Shown piece after piece: positions 63,878 to 64,000 of a stretch of 64,000 nt of DNA. The translations under genes were made by a program, and so were the position numbers. The notes beneath the pieces are model-generated. The model made no database searches. It saw nothing but the letters and a program-made list of their open reading frames with translations, and was not told the DNA's origin. Origin of the DNA: Squalus acanthias. Its lineage: Eukaryota. Positions within the stretch are counted from its first letter, which is position 1. Every line of letters begins with the position of its first letter. Where the stretch lies: assembly GCA_030390025.1 (NCBI GenBank), contig CM059432.1:90584001-90648000 (forward strand), written 5' to 3'.

Positions 63878-64000
63878 AATAAGAATAAAACCAGACGAGC
63901 CACCCAGCATTGACCGAGGCACCGGCTTCGACCACGACAACGGCTCACCCAGCCCAGTCGACCCTGCAAAGTTCTGGGGACATCTGGGGACTTGTGCCAA

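Overview
This is vertebrate genomic DNA, most likely from a cartilaginous fish (inferred from HE1/V-SINE-like and SacSINE1/DeuSINE-like elements). The window lies inside one + strand gene. Six short phase-0 coiled-coil exons (6598-6750, 6833-6916, 21917-22063, 25012-25179, 28706-28885, 44424-44507) splice into one open frame, and one intron uses a GC donor. The introns are packed with nested mobile DNA: a near full-length Neptune-type Penelope-like retroelement (RT + GIY-YIG) with pseudo-LTRs, CR1 and L2-like LINEs, several SINE families, two-gene PIF/Harbinger transposons (DDE nuclease plus a three-exon Myb/SANT partner) and many Harbinger-type MITEs. The most striking signal, which the ORF track misses, is a set of about ten minimal hammerhead-ribozyme motifs in two sequence families. 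They share CUGANGA-A-stem II-GAAA and a 4-nt palindromic helix III (ACGU or AGCU). They are carried by the Penelope pseudo-LTRs and by tiny non-coding, TSD-flanked elements, one of which is an 88-bp palindrome with a hammerhead core on each strand. All calls were made by eye; no searches or folding programs were run, and repeat boundaries without stated TSDs are approximate.
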